From positions 1,270,201 through 1,334,200 of the forward strand of contig NC_092679.1 in the NCBI RefSeq assembly GCF_964355755.1: a stretch of DNA of 64,000 nt, in the 5' to 3' direction. Position 1 is the stretch's first letter. Each line of letters begins with the position of its first letter. The translations under genes were made by a program, and so were the position numbers. This document shows positions 11,494 through 26,400 of the stretch, in pieces. The notes beneath the pieces were generated by a model. It saw only the letters and a list, made by a program, of their open reading frames with translations. It searched no databases and was not told the origin of the DNA. This stretch comes from Antedon mediterranea (lineage: Eukaryota > Animalia > Echinodermata).

Positions 11494-14400
11494 TGCCTAA
11501 GTCACACAGCTGACTTAGGCAGAAATACAAAAAACGGTCTGAGCGTGTGCAAATGTATATAAAACCACTCAGATAATGTACAGAGGGCAGTATAATGATA
11601 TAAGCAGTGAGTTAGGCAGATCATAAGTCAGCTCTCCTTAATTGCCTAAGTCACACAGCTAACTTAATATGCAGAAACACGAAAAATATAGTATATTGAT
11701 ATGAGCAGTGAGTTAGGCAGATCATAAGTCAGCTCTCCTTAATTGCCTAAGTCACACAGCTGACCCAGGCAGAAACACAACAAATATAGTATATTGATAT
11801 AAGCAGTGAGTTAGGCAGAAAAACAAAACAAAAATTATCACTTAGACACTTTTGTTATGAGGCTGTCAATATCATCTATATACAAAAAATGCTACCTTTA
11901 AGTAATAAAATTTAATAGCATCAGCTCTTCAGATTAAAATTAACACTGATGATTTTAGAAAAAGAAAGTAGCAATAAAAGAGAAAGAATTTGTAACAAAT
12001 GGGTTAGAAAATATACTATAAAATGTATTTCTTATTTTATTTAAAAACTCATGAATCTCCTCTCCTTAATTGCCTAAGTCACACAGCTGACTTAGGCAGA
12101 AACACAACAAAACGATTTGAGCATGTGCAAATGTATATAAAAGCACTCAGATAATGTACAGAGGGCAGTATAATGATATAAGCAGTGAGTTAGGCAGATC
12201 ATAAGTGAGCTCCCCTTAATTGCCTAAGTCACACAGCTGACTTAGGCAGAAACACAAAAAATATAGTATAATGATATAAGCAGTGAGTTAGGCAGATCAT
12301 AAGTGAGCTCTCCTTAATTGCCTAAGTCACACAGCTGACTTAGGCAGAAAACACGAAAAATATAGTATATTGATATAAGCAGTGAGTTAGGCAGATCATA
12401 AGTCAGCTCTCCTTAAATGCCTAAGTCACACAGCTGACTTAGGCAGAAAACACGAAAAATATAGTATATTGATATAAGCAGTGAGTTAGGCAGATCATAA
12501 GTCAGCTCTCCTTAATTGCCTAAGTCACACAGGTAGTACAGGGATTTTTTCCAAAAATAGCCAAAAATATCAAGTTTTTAAAATTCAATTATTATGTTAT
12601 AAAATTTCTCCATATGATCATATATTGCTTTATCATCACCTTATAGTACCATAGACACCAGTTTTATTGAAAAATAAAAGGGTCGAAAAATTGCCATTTT
12701 TGGAAAAAATCCTTGTACTATGACTTAGGCAGAAACACAAAAAATATAGTATATTGATATAAGCAGTGAGTTAGAAAAACAAACAAAAAATTGTGACTTA
12801 GACTCTTTTGTTATGAGGCTGTCCATATCATCTATATACAAAAAAATTGACCTTTAAGTAACAAAATGTAATAGCATCAGCTCTTCAGATTAAAATTAAC
12901 ACTGATGATTTTAGAAAAGGAAAGTAGCAATAAAAGAGAAAGAATTTGTAACAAATGGGTTAGAAAATATACTATAAAATGTATTTCTTATTTTATTTAA
13001 AAACTCATGAATCTCCTCTCCTTAATTGCCTAAGTCACACAGCTGACTTCGGCAGAAACACAACAAAACGATTTGAGCATGTGCAAATGTATATAAAAGC
13101 ACTCAGATAATGTACAGAGGGCAGTATAATGACATAAGCAGTGAGTTAGGCAGATCATAAGTGAGCTCCACTTAAATGCCTAAGTCACACAGCTGACTTA
13201 GGCAGAAACACGAAAAATATAGTATATTGATATAAGCAGTGAGTTAGGCAGAAAAAACAAAACAAAATTTATCACTTAGACACTTTTGTTATGAGGCTGT
13301 CAATATCATCTATATACAAAAAATGCTACCTTTAAGTAACAAAATTTAATAGCATCAGCTCTTCAGATTAAAATTAACACTGATGATTTTAGAAAAAGAA
13401 AGTAGCAATAAAAGAGAAAGAATTTGTAACAAATGGGTTAGAAAATATACTATAAAATGTATTTCTTATTTTATTTAAAAACTCATGAATCTCCTCTCCT
13501 TAATTGCCTAAGTCACACAGCTGACTTAGACAGAAACCCCAAAAAACGATTTGAGCATGTGCAAATGTATATAAAAGCACTGAGATACTGTACAGAGGGC
13601 AGTATAATGATATAAGCAGTGAGTTAGGCATATCATAAGTGAGCTCCCCTTAATTGCCTAAGTCACACAGCTGACTTAGGCAGAAACACAAAAAATATAG
13701 TATAATGATATAAGCAAAGAGTTAGGCAGATCATAAGTGAGCTCTCCTTAATTGCCTAAGTCACACAGATAGTACAGGGATTTTTTCCAAAAATAGCCAA
13801 AAATATGAAGTTTTTAAAATTCAATTATTATGTTATAAAATTGCTCCATATGATCATATATTGCTTTATCATCACCTTATAGTACCATAGACACCAGTTT
13901 TATCGAAAAATAAAAGGATCGAAAAATGGCCATTTTTGGAAAAAATCCTTGTACTATGACTTAGGCAGAAACACAAAAAATATAGTATATTGACATAAGC
14001 AGTGAGTTAGAGAAACAAACAAAAAATTGTGACTTAGACTCTTTTGTTATGAGGCTGTCCATATCATCTATATACAAAAAATTTTACCTTTAAGTAAGAA
14101 AATGTAATGGCATCAGCTCTTCAGATTAAAATTAACACTGATGATTTTAGAAAAGGAAAGTATCAATAAAAGAGAAAGAATTTGTAACAAATGGGTTAAA
14201 AAATATACTATAAAAATGTATTTCTTATTTTATTAAAAAAATTATGAGTCTCCTCTCCTTAATTGCCTAAGTCACACAGCTGACTTAGGCAGAAACACAA
14301 AAAACGATCTGAGCGTGTGCAAATGTATATAAAAGCACTCAGATAATGTACATAGGGCAGTATAATGATATAAGCAGTGAGTTAGGCAGATCATAAGTCT

Positions 14401-17400
14401 CCTCTCCTTAATTGCCTAAGTCACACAGCTGACTTAGGCAGAAATACAAAAAACGGTCTGAGCGTGTGCAAATGTATATAAAAGCACTCAGATAATGTAC
14501 AGAGGGCAGTATAATGATATAAGCAGTGAGTTAGGCAGATCATAAGTCAGCTCTCCTTAATTGCCTAAGTCACACAGCTAACTTATGCAGAAACACGAAA
14601 AATATAGTATATTGATATGAGCAGTGAGTTAGGTAGATCATAAGTCAGCTCTCCTTAATTGCCTAAGTCACACAGCTGACCCAGGCAGAAACACAACAAA
14701 TATAGTATATTGATATAAGCAGTGAGTTAGGCAGAAAAACAAAACAAAAATTATCACTTAGACACTTTTGTTATGAGGCTGTCAATATCATCTATATACA
14801 AAAAATGCTACCTTTAAGTAATAAAATTTAATAGCATCAGCTCTTCAGATTAAAATTAACACTGATGATTTTAGAAAAAGAAAGTAGCAATAAAAGAGAA
14901 AGAATTTGTAACAAATGGGTTAGAAAATATACTATAAAATGTATTTCTTATTTTATTTAAAAACTCATGAATCTCCTCTCCTTAATTGCCTAAGTCACAC
15001 AGCTGACTTAGGCAGAAACACAACAAAACGATTTGAGCATGTGCAAATGTATATAAAAGCACTCAGATAATGTACAGAGGGCAGTATAATGATATAAGCA
15101 GTGAGTTAGGCAGATCATAAGTGAGCTCCCCTTAATTGCCTAAGTCACACAGCTGACTTAGGTAGAAACACAAAAAATATAGTATAATGATATAAGCAGT
15201 GAGTTAGGCAGATCATAAGTCAGCTCTCCTTAATTGCCTAAGTCACACAGCTGACTTAGGCAGAAAACACGAAAAATATAGTATATTGATATAAGCAGTG
15301 AGTTAGGCAGATCATAAGTCAGCTCTCCTTAAATGCCTAAGTCACACAGCTGACTTAGGCAGAAAACACGAAAAATATAGTATATTGATATAAGCAGTGA
15401 GTTAGGCAGATCATAAGTCAGCTCTCCTTAATTGCCTAAGTCACACAGATAGTACAGGGATTTTTTCCAAAAATAGCCAAAAATATCAAGTTTTTAAAAT
15501 TCAATTATTATGTTATAAAATTTCTCCATATGATCATATATTGCTTTATCATCACCTTATAGTACCATAGACACCAGTTTTATCGAAAAATAAAAGGGTC
15601 GAAAAATGGCCATTTTTGGAAAAAATCCTTGAACTATGACTTAGGCAGAAACACAAAAAATATAGTATATTGATATAAGCAGTGAGTTAGAAAAACAAAC
15701 AAAAAATTGTGACTTAGACTCTTTTGTTATGAGGCTGTCTATATCATCTATATACAAAAAATTTTACCTTTAAGTAACAAAATGTAATAGCATCAGCTCT
15801 TCAGATTAAAATTAACACTGATGATTTTAGAAAAGGAAAGTAGCAATAAAAGAGAAAGAATTTGTAACAAATGGGTTAAAAAATATACTATAAAAATGTA
15901 TTTCTTATTTTATTTAAAAAATCACGAGTCTCCTCTCCTTAATTGCCTAAGTCACACAGCTGACTTAGGCAGAAACACAAAAAACGATCTGAGCGTGTGC
16001 AAATGTATATAAAAGCACTCAGATAATGTACAGAGGGCAGTATAATGATATAAGCAGTGAGTTAGGCAGATCATAAGTCAGCTCTCCTTAATTGCCTAAG
16101 TCACACAGCTGACTTAGGCAGAAACACGAAAAATATAGTATATTGATATAAGCAGTGAGTTAGGCAGAAAAACAAAATAAAAATTATCACTTAGACACTT
16201 TTGTTATGAGGCTGTCAATATCATCTATATACAAAAAATGCTACCTTTAAGTAATAAAATTTAATAGCATCAGCTCTTCAGATTAAAATTAACACTGATG
16301 ATTTTAGAAAAAGAAAGTAGCAATAAAAGAGAAAGAATTTGTAACAAATGGGTTAGAAAATATACTATAAAATGTATTTCTTATTTTATTTAAAAACTCA
16401 TGAATCTCCTCTCCTTAATTGCCTAAGTCACACAGCTGACTTAGGCAGAAACACAACAAAACGATTTGAGCATGTGCAAATGTATATAAAAGCACTCAGA
16501 TAATGTACAGAGGGCAGTATAATGATATAAGCAGTGAGTTAGGCAGATCATAAGTGAGCTCCCCTTAATTGCCTAAGTCACACAGCTGACTTAGGCAGAA
16601 ACACAAAAAATATAGTATAATGATATAAGCAGTGAGTTAGGCAGATCATAAGTCAGCTCTCCTTAATTGCCTAAGTCACACAGCTGACTTAGGCAGAAAA
16701 CACGAAAAATATAGTATATTGATATAAGCAGTGAGTTAGGCAGATCATAAGTCAGCTCTCCTTAAATGCCTAAGTCACACAGCTGACTTAGGCAGAAAAC
16801 ACGAAAAATATAGTATATTGATATAAGCAGTGAGTTAGGCAGATCATAAGTCAGCTCTCCTTAATTGCCTAAGTCACACAGATAGTACAGGGATTTTTTC
16901 CAAAAATAGCCAAAAATATCAAGTTTTTAAAATTCAATTATTATGTTATAAAATTTCTCCATATGATCATATATTGCTTTATCATCACCTTATAGTACCA
17001 TAGACACCAGTTTTATTGAAAAATAAAAGGGTCGAAAAATGGCCATTTTTGGAAAAAATCCTTGTACTATGACTTAGGCAGAAACACAAAAAATATAGTA
17101 TATTGATATAAGCAGTGAGTTAGAAAAACAAACAAAAAATTGTGACTTAGACTCTTTTGTTATGAGGCTGTCCATATCATCTATATACAAAAAAATTGAC
17201 CTTTAAGTAACAAAATGTAATAGCATCAGCTCTTCAGATTAAAATTAACACTGATGATTTTAGAAAAGGAAAGTAGCAATAAAAGAGAAAGAATTTGTAA
17301 CAAATGGGTTAAAAAATATACTATAAAAATGTATTTCTTATTTTATTTAAAAAATCACGAGTCTCCTCTCCTTAATTGCCTAAGTCACACAGCTGACTTA

Positions 17401-20400
17401 GGCAGAAACACAAAAAACGATGTGAGCGTGTGCAAATGTATATAAAAGCACTCAGATAATGTACAGAGGGCAGTATAATGATATAAGCAGTGAGTTAGGC
17501 AGATCATAAGTCAGCTCTCCTTAATTGCCTAAGTCACACACAGCTGACTTAGGCAGAAACACGAAAAATATAGTATATTGATATAAGCAGTGAGTTAGGC
17601 AGAAAAACAAAACAAAAATTATCACTTAGACACTTTTGTTATGAGGCTGTCAATATCATCTATATACAAAAAATGCTACCTTTAAGTAACAAAATTTAAT
17701 AGCATCAGCTCTTCAGATTAAAATTAACACTGATGATTTTAGAAAAAGAAAGTAGCAATAAAAGAGAAAGAATTTGTAACAAATGGGTTAGAAAATATAC
17801 TATAAAATGTATTTCTTATTTTATTTAAAAACTCATGAATCTCCTCTCCTTAATTGCCTAAGTCACACAGCTGACTTAGACAGAAACCCAAAAAAACGAT
17901 TTGAGCATGTTCAAATGTATATAAAAGCACTGAGATAATGTACAGAGGGCAGTATAATGATATAAGCAGTGAGTTAGGCATATCATAAGTGAGCTCCCCT
18001 TAATTGCCTAAGTCACACAGCTGACTTAGGCAGAAACACAAAAAATATAGTATAATGATATAAGCAAAGAGTTAGGCAGATCATAAGTGAGCTCTCTTTA
18101 ATTGCCTAAGTCACACAGATAGTACAGGGATATTTTCCAAAAATAGCCAAAAATATGAAGTTTTTAAAATTCAATTATTATGTTATAAAATTGCTCCATA
18201 TGATCATATATTGCTTTATCATCACCTTATAGTACCATAGACACCAGTTTTATCGAAAAATAAAAGGATCGAAAAATGGCCATTTTTGGAAAAAATCCTT
18301 GTACTATGACTTAGGCAGAAACACAAAAAATATAGTATATTGATATAAGCAGTGAGTTAGAAAAACAAACAAAAAATTGTGACTTAGACTCTTTTGTTAT
18401 GAGGCTGTCCATATCATCTATATACAAAAAATTTTACCTTTAAGTAACAAAATGTAATGGCATCAGCTCTTCAGATTAAAATTAACACTGATGATTTTAG
18501 AAAAGGAAAGTAGCAATAAAAGAGAAAGAATTTGTAACAAATGGGTTAAAAAATATACTATAAAAATGTATTTCTTATTTTATTTAAAAAATCATGAGTC
18601 TCTTCTCCTTAATTGCCTAAGTCACACAGCTGACTTAGGCAGAAACACAAAAAACGATCTGAGCGTGTGCAAATGTATATAAAAGCACTCAGATAATGTA
18701 CATAGGGCAGTATAATGATATAAGCAGTGAGTTAGGCAGATCATAAGTCTCCTCTCCTTAATTGCCTAAGTCACACAGCTGACTTAGGCAGAAATACAAA
18801 AAACGGTCTGAGCGTGTGCAAATGTATATAAAAGCACTCAGATAATGTACATAGGGCAGTATAATGATATAAGCAGTGAGTTAGGCAGATCATAAGTCAG
18901 CTCTCCTTAATTGCCTAAGTCACACAGCTAACTTATGCAGAAATACGAAAAATATAGTATATTGATATGAGCAGTGAGTTAGGCAGATCATAAGTCAGCT
19001 CTCCTTAATTGCCTAAGTCACACAGCTGACCCAGGCAGAAACACAACAAATATAGTATATTGATATAAGCAGTGAGTTAGGCAGAAAAACAAAACAAAAA
19101 TTATCACTTAGACACTTTTGTTATGAGGCTGTCAATATCATCTATATACAAAAAATGCTACCTTTAAGTAATAAAATTTAATAGCATCAGCTCTTCAGAT
19201 TAAAATTAACACTGATGATTTTAGAAAAAGAAAGTAGCAATAAAAGAGAAAGAATTTGTAACAAATGGGTTAGAAAATATACTATAAAATGTATTTCTTA
19301 TTTTATTTAAAAACTCATGAATCTCCTCTCCTTAATTGCCTAAGTCACACAGCTGACTTAGGCAGAAACACAACAAAACGATTTGAGCATGTGCAAATAT
19401 ATATAAAAGCACTCAGATAATGTACAGAGGGCAGTATAATGATATAAGCAGTGAGTTAGGCAGATCATAAGTGAGCTCCCCTTAATTGCCTAAGTCACAC
19501 AGCTGACTTAGGCAGAAACACAAAAAATATAGTATAATGATATAAGCAGTGAGTTAGGCAGATCATAAGTCAGCTCTCCTTAATGTCCTAAGTCACACAG
19601 CTGACTTAGGCAGAAAACACGAAAAATATAGTATATTGATATAAGCAGTGAGTTAGGCAGATCATAAGTCAGCTCTCCTTAAATGCCTAAGTCACACAGC
19701 TGACTTAGGCAGAAAACACGAAAAATATAGTATATTGATATAAGCAGTGAGTTAGGCAGATCATAAGTCAGCTCTCCTTAATTGCCTAAGTCACACAGAT
19801 AGTACAGGGATTTTTTCCAAAAATAGCCAAAAATATCAAGTTTTTAAAATTCAATTATTATGTTATAAAATTTCTCCATATGATCATATATTGCTTTATC
19901 ATCACCTTATAGTACCATAGACACCAGTTTTATTGAAAAATAAAAGGGTCGAAAAATGGCCATTTTTGGAAAAAATCCTTGTACTATGACTTAGGCAGAA
20001 ACACAAAAAATATAGTATATTGATATAAGCAGTGAGTTAGAAAAACAAACAAAAAATTGTGACTTAGACTCTTTTGTTATGAGGCTGTCCATATCATCTA
20101 TATACAAAAAAATTGACCTTTAAGTAACAAAATGTAATAGAATCAGCTCTTCAGATTAAAATTAACACTGATGATTTTAGAAAAGGAAAGTAGCAATAAA
20201 AGAGAAAGAATTTGTAACAAATGGGTTAAAAAATATACTATAAAAATGTATTTCTTATTTTATTTAAAAAATCACGAGTCTCCTCTCCTTAATTGCCTAA
20301 GTCACACAGCTGACTTAGGCAGAAACACAAAAAACGATGTGAGCGTGTGCAAATGTATATAAAAGCACTCAGATAATGTACAGAGGGCAGTATAATGATA

Positions 20401-23400
20401 TAAGCAGTGAGTTAGGCAGATCATAAGTCAGCTCTCCTTAATTGCCTAAGTCACACACAGCTGACTTAGGCAGAAACACGAAAAATATAGTATATTGATA
20501 TAAGCAGTGAGTTAGGCAGAAAAACAAAACAAAAATTATCACTTAGACACTTTTGTTATGAGGCTGTCAATATCATCTATATACAAAAAATGCTACCTTT
20601 AAGTAACAAAATTTAATAGCATCAGCTCTTCAGATTAAAATTAACACTGATGATTTTAGAAAAAGAAAGTAGCAATAAAAGAGAAAGAATTTGTAACAAA
20701 TGGGTTAGAAAATATACTATAAAATGTATTTCTTATTTTATTTAAAAACTCATGAATCTCCTCTCCTTAATTGCCTAAGTCACACAGCTGACTTAGACAG
20801 AAACCCAAAAAAAAAACGATTTGAGCATGTTCAAATGTATATAAAAGCACTGAGATAATGTACAGAGGGCAGTATAATGATATAAGCAGTGAGTTAGGCA
20901 TATCATAAGTGAGCTCCCCTTAATTGCCTAAGTCACACAGCTGACTTAGGCAGAAACACAAAAAATATAGTATAATGATATAAGCAAAGAGTTAGGCAGT
21001 TCATAAGTGAGCTCTCTTTAATTGCCTAAGTCACACAGATAGTACAGGGATATTTTCAAAAAATAGCCAAAAATATGAAGTTTTTAAAATTCAATTATTA
21101 TGTTATAAAATTGCTCCATATGATCATATATTGCTTTATCATCACCTTATAGTACCATAGACACCAGTTTTATCGAAAAATAAAAGGATCGAAAAATGGC
21201 CATTTTTGGAAAAAATCCTTGTACTATGACTTAGGCAGAAACACAAAAAATATAGTATATTGATATAAGCAGTGAGTTAGAGAAACAAACAAAAAATTGT
21301 GACTTAGACTCTTTTGTTATGAGGCTGTCCATATCATCTATATACAAAAAATTTTACCTTTAAGTAACAAAATGTAATGGCATCAGCTCTTCAGATTAAA
21401 ATTAACACTGATGATTTTAGAAAAGGAAAGTAGCAATAAAAGAGAAAGAATTTGTAACAAATGGGTTAAAAAATATACTATAAAAATGTATTTCTTATTT
21501 TATTTAAAAAATCATGAGTCGCCTCTCCTTAATTGCCTAAGTCACACAGCTGACTTAGGCAGAAACACAAAAAACGATCTGAGCATGTGCAAATGTATAT
21601 AAAAGCACTCAGATAATGTACAGAGGGCAGTATAATGATATAAGCAGTGAGTTAGGCAGATCATAAGTCTCCTCTCCTTAATTGCCTAAGTCACACAGCT
21701 GACTTAGGCAGAAATACAAAAAACGGTCTGAGCGTGTGCAAATGTATATAAAAGCACTCAGATAATGTACATAGAGCAGTATAATGATATAAGCAGTGAG
21801 TTAGGCAGATCATAAGTCAGCTCTCCTTAATTGCCTAAGTCACACAGCTAACTTATGCAGAAACACGAAAAATATAGTATATTGATATGAGCAGTGAGTT
21901 AGGCAGATCATAAGTCAGCTCTCCTTAATTGCCTAAGTCACACAGCTGACCCAGGCAGAAACACAACAAATATAGTATATTGATATAAGCAGTGAGTTAG
22001 GCAGAAAAACAAAACAAAAATTATCACTTAGACACTTTTGTTATGAGGCTGTCAATATCATCTATATACAAAAAATGCTACCTTTAAGTAATAAAATTTA
22101 ATAGCATCAGCTCTTCAGATTAAAATTAACACTGATGATTTTAGAAAAAGAAAGTAGCAATAAAAGAGAAAGAATTTGTAACAAATGGGTTAGAAAATAT
22201 ACTATAAAATGTATTTCTTATTTTATTTAAAAACTCATGAATCTCCTCTCCTTAATTGCCTAAGTCACACAGCTGACTTAGGCAGAAACACAACAAAACG
22301 ATTTGAGCATGTGCAAATGTATATAAAAGCACTCAGATAATGTACAGAGGGCAGTATAATGACATAAGCAGTGAGTTAGGCAGATCATAAGTGAGCTCCC
22401 CTTAATTGCCTAAGTCACACAGCTGACTTAGGCAGAAACACAAAAAATATAGTATAATGATATAAGCAGTGAGTTAGGCAGATCATAAGTCAGCTCTCCT
22501 TAATTGCCTAAGTCACACAGCTGACTTAGGCAGAAAACACGAAAAATATAGTATAATGATATAAGCAGTGAGTTAGGCAGATCATAAGTCAGCTCTCCTT
22601 AATTGCCTAAGTCACACAGCTGACTTAGGCAGAAAACACGAAAAATATAGTATATTGATATAAGCAGTGAGTTAGGCAGATCATAAGTCAGCTCTCCTTA
22701 ATTGCCTAAGTCACACAGATAGTACAGGGATTTTTTCCAAAAATAGCCAAAAATATCAAGTTTTTAAAATTCAATTATTATGTTATAAAATTGCTCCATA
22801 TGATCATATATTGCTTTATCATCACCTTATAGTACCATAGACACCAGTTTTATCGAAAAATAAAAGGGTCGAAAAATGGCCATTTTTTGAAAAAATCCTT
22901 GAACTATGACTTAGGCAGAAACACAAAAAATATAGTATATTGATATAAGCAGTGAGTTAGAAAAACAAACAAAAAATTGTGACTTAGACTCTTTTGTTAT
23001 GAGGCTGTCTATATCATCTATATACAAAAAATTTTATCTTTAAGTAACAAAATGTAATAGCATCAGCTCTTCAGATTAAAATTAACACTGATGATTTTAG
23101 AAAAGGAAAGTAGCAATAAAAGAGAAAGAATTTGTAACAAATGGGTTAAAAAATATACTATAAAAATGTATTTCTTATTTTATTTAAAAAATCACGAGTC
23201 TCCTCTCCTTAATTGCCTAAGTCACACAGCTGACTTAGGCAGAAACACAAAAAACGATCTGAGCGTGTGCAAATGTATATAAAAGCACTCAGATAATGTA
23301 CAGAGGGCAGTATAATGATATAAGCAGTGAGTTAGGCAGATCATAAGTCAGCTCTCCTTAATGGCCTAAGTCACACAGCTGACTTAGGCAGAAACACGAA

Positions 23401-26400
23401 AAATATAGTATATTGATATAAGCAGTGAGTTAGGCAGAAAAACAAAACAAAAATTATCACTTAGACACTTTTGTTATGAGGCTGTCAATATCATCTATAT
23501 ACAAAAAATGCTACCTTTAAGTAACAAAATTTAATAGCATCAGCTCTTCAGATTAAAATTAACACTGATGATTTTAGAAAAAGAAAGTAGCAATAAAAGA
23601 GAAAGAATTTGTAACAAATGGGTTAGAAAATATACTATAAAATGTATTTCTTATTTTATTTAAAAACTCATAAATCTCCTCTCCTTAATTGCCTAAGTCA
23701 CACAGCTGACTTAGGCAGAAACACAAAAAAACGATTTGAGCATGTGCAAATGTATATAAAAGCACTCAGATAATGTACAGAGGGCAGTATAATGATAAAA
23801 GCAGTGAGTTAGGCAGATCATAAGTGAGCTCCCCTTAATTGCCTAAGTCACACAGCTGACTTAGGCAGAAACACAAAAAATATAGTATAATGATATAAGC
23901 AGTGAGTTAGGCAGATCATAAGTCAGCTCTCCTTAATTGCCTAAGTCACACAGCTGACTTAGGCAGAAAACACGAAAAATATAGTATATTGATATAAGCA
24001 GTGAGTTAGGCAGATCATAAGTTAGCTCTCCTTAATTTCCTAAGTCACACAGATAGTACAGGGATTTTTTCCAAAAATAGCCAAAAATATCAAGTTTTTA
24101 AAATTCAATTATTATGTTATAAAATTGCTCCATATGATCATATATTGCTTTATCATCACCTTATAGTACCATAGACACCAGTTTTATCGAAAAATAAAAG
24201 GGTCGAAAAATGGCCATTTTTTGAAAAAAATCCTTGTACTATGACTTTGGCAGAAACACAAAAAATATAGTATATTGATATAAGCAGTGAGTTAGAAAAA
24301 CAAACAAAAAATTGTGACTTAGACTCTTTTGTTATGAGGCTCTCCATATCATTTATGTACAAAAAAATTGACCTTTAAGTAACAAAATGTAATAGTATCA
24401 GCTCTTCAGATTAAAATTAACACTGATGATTTTAGAAAAGGAAAGTGGCAATAAAAGAGAAAGAATTTGTAACAAATGGGTTAAAAAATATACTATAAAA
24501 ATGTATTTCTTATTTTATTTAAAAAATCATGAGTCTCCTCTCCTTAATTGCCTAAGTCACACAGCTGACTTAGGCAGAAACACAAAAAAACGATTTGAGC
24601 ATGTGCAAATGTATATAAAAGCACTCAGATAATGTACAGAGGGCAGTATAATGATATAAGCAGTGAGTTAGGCAGATCATAAGTGAGCTCCCCTTAATTG
24701 CCTAAGTCACACAGCTGACTTAGGCAGAAACACAAAAAATATAGTATAATGATATAAGCAGTGAGTTAGGCAGATCATAAGTGAGCTCTCCTTAATTGCC
24801 TAAGTCACACAGATAGTACAGGGATTTTTTCCAAAAATAGCCAAAAATATCAAGTTTTTAAAATTCAATTATTATGTTATAAAATTGCTCCATATGATCA
24901 TATATTGCTTTATCATCACCTTATAGTACCATAGACACCAGTTTTATCGAAAAATAAAAGGGTCGAAAAATGGCCATTTTTTGAAAAAATCCTTGAACTA
25001 TGACTTAGGCAGAAACACAAAAAATATAGTATATTGATATAAGCAGTGAGTTAGAAAAACAAACAAAAAATTGTGACTTAGACTCTTTTGTTATGAGGCT
25101 GTCTATATCATCTATATACAAAAAATTTTACCTTTAAGTAACAAAATGTAATAGCATCAGCTCTTCAGATTAAAATTAACACTGATGATTTTAGAAAAGG
25201 AAAGTAGCAATAAAAGAGAAAGAATTTGTAACAAATGGGTTAAAAAATATACTATAAAAATGTATTTCTTATTTTATTTAAAAAATCACGAGTCTCCTCT
25301 CCTTAATTGCCTAAGTCACACAGCTGACTTAGGCAGAAACACAAAAAACGATCTGAGCGTGTGCAAATGTATATAAAAGCACTCAGATAATGTACAGAGG
25401 GCAGTATAATGATATAAGCAGTGAGTTAGGCAGATCATAAGTCAGCTCTCCTTAATTGCCTAAGTCACACAGCTGACTTAGGCAGAAACACGAAAAATAT
25501 AGTATATTGATATAAGCAGTGAGTTAGGCAGAAAAACAAAACAAAAATTATCACTTAGACACTTTTGTTATGAGGTTGTCAATATCATCTATATACAAAA
25601 AATGCTACCTTTAAGTAATAAAATTTAATAGCATCAGCTCTTCAGATTAAAATTAACACTGATGATTTTAGAAAAAGAAATTAGCAATAAAAGAGAAAGA
25701 ATTTGTAACAAATGGGTTAGAAAATATACTATAAAATGTATTTCTTATTTTATTTAAAAACTCATGAATCTCCTCTCCTTAATTGCCTAAGTCACACAGC
25801 TGACTTAGGCAGAAACACAACAAAACGATTTGAGCATGTGCAAATGTATATAAAAGCACTCAGATAATGTACAGAGGGCAGTATAATGATATAAGCAGTG
25901 AGTTAGGCAGATCATAAGTGAGCTCCCCTTAATTGCCTAAGTCACACAGCTGACTTAGGCAGAAACACAAAAAATATAGTATAATGATATAAGCAGTGAG
26001 TTAGGCAGATCATAAGTCAGCTCTCCTTAATTGCCTAAGTCACACAGCTGACTTAGGCAGAAAACACGAAAAATATAGTATATTGATATAAGCAGTGAGT
26101 TAGGCAGATCATAAGTCAGCTCTCCTTAAATGCCTAAGTCACACAGCTGACTTAGGCAGAAAACACGAAAAATATAGTATATTGATATAAGCAGTGAGTT
26201 AGGCAGATCATAAGTCAGCTCTCCTTAATTGCCTAAGTCACACAGATAGTACAGGGATTTTTTCCAAAAATAGCCAAAAATATCAAGTTTTTAAAATTCA
26301 ATTATTATGTTATAAAATTTCTCCATATGATCATATATTGCTTTATCATCACCTTATAGTACCATAGACACCAGTTTTATTGAAAAATAAAAGGGTCGAA